This document shows positions 58,277-64,000 of a DNA stretch of 64,000 nucleotides, piece after piece. Source of the stretch: Candidatus Latescibacterota bacterium (GTDB lineage: Bacteria; Latescibacterota; UBA2968; GCA-2709665). How positions within the stretch are numbered: position 1 is the first letter of the stretch; the number at the start of each line of letters is the position of its first letter. The position numbers and the translations under genes were made by a program. The notes beneath the pieces were generated by a model. The model saw only the letters and a program-made list of their open reading frames with translations, was not told the origin of the DNA and did not search any database. Location of the stretch: positions 2,048,001 to 2,112,000 of the forward strand of contig OZ244744.1 in assembly GCA_965219455.1 (NCBI GenBank), read 5' to 3'.

Positions 58277-60168
58277 CTAGTCCTTAAACAAGCGTGACCA
58301 GTGAAATTTTTCTGGTCCAAGAGACCGGAAAGGCCTACCGTTGTTGGAGATAGATGGATTGTGCTAGAAATCATCACGCCAACGCAGGAGACCTTTCCGG
58401 TGAAAAGAATATCGGTTGATGACAGCCGCAGGAACCGTGCTCGTCGCAAACGCAAAGTGGCCGCCCGCCACGGTCGAGCGGGGCATTGGCAGGCCCAGCG
58501 CCGGCCCATGTTCAGTCCTGGCAAAGTGCACTACGAGGTAGGCGCCTACACCGACGCGATGAGTTACGGAGGCATCGGCGCCGTGCATCGCCTGGTCACC
58601 AAGCTGGGTCTGCCCAAGCGCATCGACGCGTCACTGTCCTTGTTGAAGGTGCATCTGCCCTATCATGAGTCGGACCACGTACTAAACATCACATACAACG
58701 TGTTATGCGGCGGCACGCGCTTGGAGGATATCGAGCGTTTGCGAAGTGACGGGGCCTACATGAATGCCCTGGGCGCCAAGTTGATTCCCGATCCGACCAC
58801 GGCGGGTGACTTTTGCCGACGCTTCTCGGAACGGGACATCGTCGAACTGATGGCGTGCATCAACGCGGTGCGATCCTCCTTGTGGGCATCGCGTGGCCGC
58901 AAATTGCTTGGTGACATCACCTATATCGATGTGGACGGCACAAACGTGCCCACGTATGGCAAGCGCAAGAGGGGTATGGACATCTCTTACCAGGGCATCT
59001 GGGGCTACCATCCGCTGGTGATCTCACTTTCCAACACGAAGGAAGTGCTCTTCCTGGTCAACCGACCGGGGAATGTGCCCAGCCACACCGGTGCGGCACA
59101 GTGGATCGACGCGGCCATCGACCTGGTGCAGCCCCACGCCAAGCGCATCTGTGTGCGTGGCGACACCGACTTTTTCTTGACTCGACATCTTGATCGCTGG
59201 GCCAAAAGCGTCGACTTCATCTTCGGGATGGACGCCAACGCGGCGATGCGTTCCCGTGCCGAGGCCCTCGACGAGGCACAATGGCAGCCCCTGCAACGCA
59301 AACCCCGTTATCACACCGTGACCGACCAGAAGCGGAAGCGCAATCAGCCCCACGAGAAACAGCGCATCGTCCACAAGCGGGCCTACGCCAACCTGGTGCT
59401 GAACCACGAACACGTGGCCGAGTTCAACTACCAACCCACGCGCTGTAAACGTGGGTATCGCGTCGTGGTCCTGCGCAAGAACATCAGCAAAATGAAGGGC
59501 GACCTTGTCCTGTTCGACGAATGCCGTTATTTCTTCTATATCACGACACGCACGGACGTGACCCCCCAAGAGATCGTCGCCTGCGCCAACCAACGCTGCG
59601 ATCAGGAGAACGTCATCGAGCAACTCAAAAACGGCGTCAACGCCTTGCGCGTGCCCCTGTATGACCTGGTCAGCAACTGGGCCTATATGGTCATCGCCGC
59701 CCTGGCCTGGAACCTCAAATCCTGGTTTGCCATGATGATGCACAGACACCGTGATCGACAGCAGTACGTCTGCATGGAATTCCGGCGCTTCATCCACAGC
59801 ATTATCTTGATTCCCTGCCACGTCATCCAACGCGCGCGCACCACCACGTTACGGCTCATCGGCTATCAACCCACCCTCGATCGCCTCTTCAGCACCTGGC
59901 GTATCATTGAACGCACCGGATTTGGATAACACCAATGCAGCACCACCGATGACACACAAACGCGGCGCCATCCCCACACCCCTCAACGGACCGGTGTGTC
60001 CACCACGCGTCTCAACGCCACTTCGGATACTCAATTTACCATAGCGACCACGACAAACACGGCCCTAAAAACCATCCAAAACGCCAATTCCATATAAATC
60101 GACACCAACGCCTCAACACAAACACAAATCACTGTGGCGCACACGATACTCGCTTATTTTAGGACTAG
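58277..60168 (+). mobile_element. IS1380-family insertion sequence
   Basis: Left end CTAGTCCTTAAACAAGCGTG versus reverse complement of the right end CTAGTCCTAAAATAAGCGAG (17/20); CTAG at both boundaries. Confidence 0.88.
58400..59929 (+). CDS. IS1380-family DDE transposase
   Basis: IDVDGT, GYHPL, NRPGN, RGD, N.RCDQEN.IEQLKNG; GTG after AGGAG. Confidence 0.92.
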   Translation: MKRISVDDSRRNRARRKRKVAARHGRAGHWQAQRRPMFSPGKVHYEVGAYTDAMSYGGIGAVHRLVTKLGLPKRIDASLSLLKVHLPYHESDHVLNITYNVLCGGTRLEDIERLRSDGAYMNALGAKLIPDPTTAGDFCRRFSERDIVELMACINAVRSSLWASRGRKLLGDITYIDVDGTNVPTYGKRKRGMDISYQGIWGYHPLVISLSNTKEVLFLVNRPGNVPSHTGAAQWIDAAIDLVQPHAKRICVRGDTDFFLTRHLDRWAKSVDFIFGMDANAAMRSRAEALDEAQWQPLQRKPRYHTVTDQKRKRNQPHEKQRIVHKRAYANLVLNHEHVAEFNYQPTRCKRGYRVVVLRKNISKMKGDLVLFDECRYFFYITTRTDVTPQEIVACANQRCDQENVIEQLKNGVNALRVPLYDLVSNWAYMVIAALAWNLKSWFAMMMHRHRDRQQYVCMEFRRFIHSIILIPCHVIQRARTTTLRLIGYQPTLDRLFSTWRIIERTGFG

Positions 60169-60830
60169 GCCAGTCCCGCCAGTCCCGCCCGTCTCAACGC
60201 AGCCACATTTTCAACCACCTTACCATCCCGAAACGCGGACGATCCCGCCACCAACACTTCCGCCCCCGCGGCGACTGCCTGCCCCGCGTTTTCCAACCCG
60301 ATTCCCCCGTCGATTTCTATCTCCGTATGCACGCCCTGACGCACGACCTCGGCCCTCAATCTGCGAACCTTTTCCAGAGACTCCGGCATGAATGCCTGGC
60401 CGCCGAATCCAGGCTCCACTGACATCACAAGCGCAAGATCCAGCGACGACAGCAGGGGAAACAACGCCTCCACCGGTGTTGCCGGCTTCACCGTGGCGCC
60501 CGCCCGCATTCCCATTGTCCCGATTTCACGAAGCAGTGCGGGCAGATCCGCGTTAACCTCGACATGTACCGTACAGATGTCGGCCCCGCTATCCGCGAAA
60601 TCCCTCAGGTACCTGCCCGGATCGTTAATCATAAGATGCACATCCAGTATCAACGCCGTCGTTTTACGAATGGCTTTCACAACCATCGGACCGAACGTAA
60701 TATTCGGCACGAAATGACCGTCCATCACATCCAGATGAATATACTCCGCGCCGGCTGCTTCCACCGCCCGAATCTCGCGTTCCAGCGCGACAAAATCCGC
60801 TGCCAGGAAAGACGGAGCGATTTTAATCAT
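60165..60830 (-). CDS. rpe: ribulose-phosphate 3-epimerase
   Basis: IAPS.LAADF, HLDVMDGHFVPNITFG, MSVEPGFGGQ, IDGG, VAGS. Confidence 0.96.
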   Translation of the reverse strand: MIKIAPSFLAADFVALEREIRAVEAAGAEYIHLDVMDGHFVPNITFGPMVVKAIRKTTALILDVHLMINDPGRYLRDFADSGADICTVHVEVNADLPALLREIGTMGMRAGATVKPATPVEALFPLLSSLDLALVMSVEPGFGGQAFMPESLEKVRRLRAEVVRQGVHTEIEIDGGIGLENAGQAVAAGAEVLVAGSSAFRDGKVVENVAALRRAGLAGLA

Positions 60831-60917
60831 AAAAAAACCTCCAATTTTCAGCTTCGGGAACTCGGGAGGAGGGCGGGGGGTTGAACGCGGATACCAATGT
60901 GCGACGATGACCAACCG

Positions 60918-61652
60918 TTACAATTTGCTCACCACCAGCCGCACACGCGTCCCCTGCTTCACCTCTTCCCCGGATCCGGGCACATGCCGGATCACAACGT
61001 TCAATAGATGCTGGGTGCTGAATTCGTAGCGGATATCCCGCACCTGAAGCCCGGCCTCCTCCAACTCCGCCCGGGCTGTCTCAAGCGTCTTGCCGATCAG
61101 ATTCGGCACCGGGACCATCTCTCCCGGAGGCCCGTTACTTATCGTTACCGATATGGGTGTTCCAACCTGTACCCGTTGTCCCGGCAGGGGATCCTGGCAG
61201 ATTATCAATCCTTCCTTGACGATTGGAGACGCATCCTCCAGAGTATCTCCCATGGCCAGGCCGGACTGTGCAATCCACAACTGCGCCTGGCGAAGGGACT
61301 TCTCCCGAAGGTCCGGCACCTCGTACAGGCGTGTCCCTCGACTTGGCACCGCATACACCGTCCGGTTAATTTTCACATGCGAATAGGCGGGCGGGTTCTG
61401 TTGTACCAGCCTGCCTTCGGCAATCGAAGCCTCCCACCGGGGCTGCTGAAGCTTCAACCTGAGGCCCCTTTGAGACAGCGCCCGGCTGGCATCTTCGGGT
61501 GTGAGATCGACGATATCGGGTACTTCAACCCGTTGGCCTGCCCTTACCAGACGAGGCATGATGAATCGATCGAGCAGGATCAGCGCCACGGTGCCGGTGA
61601 GCACCGCGCAGCCCGCGAATAGCGCCGCTTCTCGCAGAATCCTTTTGGCCAT
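60918..61652 (-). CDS. PASTA-domain protein (3 repeats, N-terminal TM)
   Basis: VPDIV, VPDLR, VPNLIG repeats; Q.P..G..V motifs. Confidence 0.9.
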   Translation of the reverse strand: MAKRILREAALFAGCAVLTGTVALILLDRFIMPRLVRAGQRVEVPDIVDLTPEDASRALSQRGLRLKLQQPRWEASIAEGRLVQQNPPAYSHVKINRTVYAVPSRGTRLYEVPDLREKSLRQAQLWIAQSGLAMGDTLEDASPIVKEGLIICQDPLPGQRVQVGTPISVTISNGPPGEMVPVPNLIGKTLETARAELEEAGLQVRDIRYEFSTQHLLNVVIRHVPGSGEEVKQGTRVRLVVSKL

Positions 61653-61777
61653 CCTTCCGGTATCCCATCTTTTTCAGAGTGAACAGCCGCACCCGTCGCG
61701 TGGGGATTGAACCCTCCGGCCAGTGTCCGAATGAAAAATAGGACAACATCCCCCCGGTGTCAAGATCACACCCTCCT

Positions 61778-62737
61778 TCAACGTCCCAGCGTCAAGGAAA
61801 CCCGGTGTGACAACCCCAACACCGTGTGGTACAGGGTCGCGTAGTCGATCTGGAAGCCTCTGTGGATCACACCGGCCCCCATCGACAATCGCTCGGCCCG
61901 ACCCCCGGCTCCCAGCCGCAGCATGACCCGGCGGGCGAGGCTGTATTCCATACCCGCGCTCACCCCGGTTGGCCGGCCGCCCTCCTTGCGAACATCCAGG
62001 AGCAATGCCAGATTCGGCACGACCTCAAACCCCACGCCCGCCATACCACCCTGTCCCAGCACGTCCACCGACTGCCCGCCGGCATTCCAGGCCGCAAGCC
62101 CCAGTGTTACCTTTCGCCTGAGTACTATCCTCGCGCCCAGGTCGAATGCCGTCCACGCACGTTTCGCGCCACCCGCGATTGACAAACGCATGTGTCGAAT
62201 CCTCAGCCCGAGACCCAGCCGGGATGCGACCCGAAGGCCCAATGTAACCCCGGCTGTCCGCTCCCGATACAAGCTGAACCCGTACTCCTGGTAACCCACG
62301 CCAATCGCAGCCCTGCCCGTAGACGCGACCGTCCCGATCGCATGGGCATCCAACACGGCCATGCCGAACGGGCGCTCATATCCGCCCGTAAAGCTGATCC
62401 CCTCGCCCCACGCTACCGCTCCCGCGTTCCAGAAGACGCCGTCAACGCCTGCCGCCCAACCCACGAATGTGTCGCCCAACCCGCCGGACCGGGCGCCAAC
62501 CGCCTGAAACTCGAACGCCGCGTCAGCTTGAACAGGGTCCACGGAAACACACACAAGCCCACTACACGCCGCGAACCCCATCCGCACCCCGAGGAGGCCG
62601 CACCACGCCAAATAGCGAAGCCAGGGACTCAGCCGGCACCCGTGTCTTTCTGCAACGCGTGAGTGTCGCTCTTCGGGGCTATCATCGTTCCACCGCGCCG
62701 CGCATTCTTGCGATAATTTCACCTTATCGTCCCTCAT
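61778..62737 (-). CDS. PorV/PorQ-like outer-membrane beta-barrel protein
   Basis: GARSGGLG, FWN.G, alternating beta pattern, IDYA...H.VLGLSHRVSL C-terminus; start uncertain. Confidence 0.7.
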   Translation of the reverse strand: MRDDKVKLSQECAARWNDDSPEERHSRVAERHGCRLSPWLRYLAWCGLLGVRMGFAACSGLVCVSVDPVQADAAFEFQAVGARSGGLGDTFVGWAAGVDGVFWNAGAVAWGEGISFTGGYERPFGMAVLDAHAIGTVASTGRAAIGVGYQEYGFSLYRERTAGVTLGLRVASRLGLGLRIRHMRLSIAGGAKRAWTAFDLGARIVLRRKVTLGLAAWNAGGQSVDVLGQGGMAGVGFEVVPNLALLLDVRKEGGRPTGVSAGMEYSLARRVMLRLGAGGRAERLSMGAGVIHRGFQIDYATLYHTVLGLSHRVSLTLGR

Positions 62738-63087
62738 CTGCTGGATATTCGGTAGGATACGAGACCCAATCCGCGCCTGCCAGATGGAAAACGCCGTGGA
62801 AGCGCTTCATTCGAGCGGCTGGAACCGCCAGCATGTCGCGCGACGGTGCTTAAGCCCTTCATTTTCTCCGGAAACGGGCCCGTTGCCGCTCCTTCACTGT
62901 CGCTTCTTGTCCGGGTTCTTGACGCAACCCCCGTACCCTGGTTTTCCCGTATTCACTCGTAGTTTACGATCTTATTTATTATCATAATCTTATTACGATA
63001 TCTTCCCGGGCCGTCTCAAACTCCAGATCGAGAAAACGCCATGCCGTATGGTACAGTTCACCTTCGAGTTGACGCCCGGAACAGGAC

Positions 63088-63120
63088 AAAAAAAAGCCCG
63101 TCGGCAAAAAACCCACGGGC
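63088..63120 (-). terminator. rho-independent terminator-like hairpin upstream of the PorV-like gene
   Basis: Minus strand GCCCGT-gggttttttgccg-ACGGGC followed by T8. Confidence 0.6.
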
Positions 63121-63259
63121 AAGATTGGAATAGACCGAACCGCACTGTGACGTTATATTTCTCACATAACCGGAACGACGACGGCGCCTGCTCCACACAC
63201 ACGGTAAATGGGCGTCCGGTTACAGGATTGGAAGTTCCTCAGTTCGCACAGGAGGCTGC

Positions 63260-64000
63260 GTGTCTCTTCCAGCTCCGATACGGAAACTCACGTCAGTTAA
63301 TCACGGTTGGACCTATCACAACCATATCCAGCCTGAAGCGGAAGGGGAAACCGTTCTTCATTTCTATCTCCGGCGCTATCCCCATTCCTCCCGGGAAGCG
63401 TGGCGGGAACGGATCCTGGCCGGCGAAGTTCGGTTGAATGGCAACCCAACCACGCCCGAAACCCTGCTTGCCTCGGGACAGCGGCTCCAATACCACCGAA
63501 GACCATGGCGGGAACCGGACGCTCCCATTTCGTTCGCGCTACTCTACGAGGACGCCCACCTTATTGCCGTAGCCAAACCCGCCGGCCTCCCCGTGTTGCC
63601 CGGCGGCCAACATCTCCGGAACACCCTGCTCGCCCGAATCCGCGAACACTACCCGGAAACCCCGGGCCCCGCGCCCCTGCATCGCCTGGGGCGGGGAACC
63701 TCGGGCATCGTTCTGTTCGCCCGTTCCGAATCGGCAAAACGAACCCTCTCGGAGGATTTCCGAAACCGACGGATACGCAAGATCTACCGCGCACTCGTCG
63801 CCGGCACGGACATGCCCGATCGGTTTGCGGTGGATGTACCCATCGGTCGGATTCCCTATTCCCCGACCAGGTACCTGTACGCGGCAACGAGCGCGGGAAA
63901 ACCGGCCAGGACGGAATGCCGGGTACTCAACCGCGATCCCGATAACAATCGGAGTCTGATCCGTGTCAATCTCGTCACCGGCCGCGCCCATCAGATCCGG
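63260..64000 (+). CDS. RluA-family pseudouridine synthase-like protein (3'-partial)
   Basis: GTG 63260 after AGGAGG; YED..LIAV.KPAGLPV, HRLGRGTSG, KIYRALV, TGRAHQIR; runs off the window. Confidence 0.88.
   Translation, partial: MSLPAPIRKLTSVNHGWTYHNHIQPEAEGETVLHFYLRRYPHSSREAWRERILAGEVRLNGNPTTPETLLASGQRLQYHRRPWREPDAPISFALLYEDAHLIAVAKPAGLPVLPGGQHLRNTLLARIREHYPETPGPAPLHRLGRGTSGIVLFARSESAKRTLSEDFRNRRIRKIYRALVAGTDMPDRFAVDVPIGRIPYSPTRYLYAATSAGKPARTECRVLNRDPDNNRSLIRVNLVTGRAHQIR

Overview
GC-rich bacterial chromosomal window. The gene content (many heparinase II/III-like, GHL10-like, Gfo/Idh/MocA and DUF1080 proteins, plus a PorV/PorQ-like - PASTA - rpe core block) suggests an FCB-group organism such as Latescibacterota, possibly host-associated; this taxonomy is inference. 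Layout: (1) 1-15.9 kb is a strictly co-oriented + strand array of short unrelated enzymes with one intact and three decayed toxin-antitoxin modules and a degenerate attC-like site, resembling an eroded integron cassette array. (2) 16-31 kb is a - strand run of metabolic genes (nadE, acuI-like, IMP cyclohydrolase-like, serine hydrolase, oxidoreductases). (3) 31.1-35.7 kb is a lower-GC defence islet: a Dam-family methyltransferase divergent from an unknown protein and a Septu/PtuAB-like ABC-ATPase + HNH pair, with no reverse transcriptase. (4) 36-58 kb is a transporter-less glycan/sugar-acid catabolic region, interrupted by a thioredoxin-fold gene with archaeal-style codon usage that is flanked by a duplicated gene 3' end. 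(5) An IS1380 element is inserted exactly at the rpe stop codon, followed by core genes and a partial RluA-family protein lacking the catalytic Asp. No rRNA, tRNA or CRISPR array was seen.
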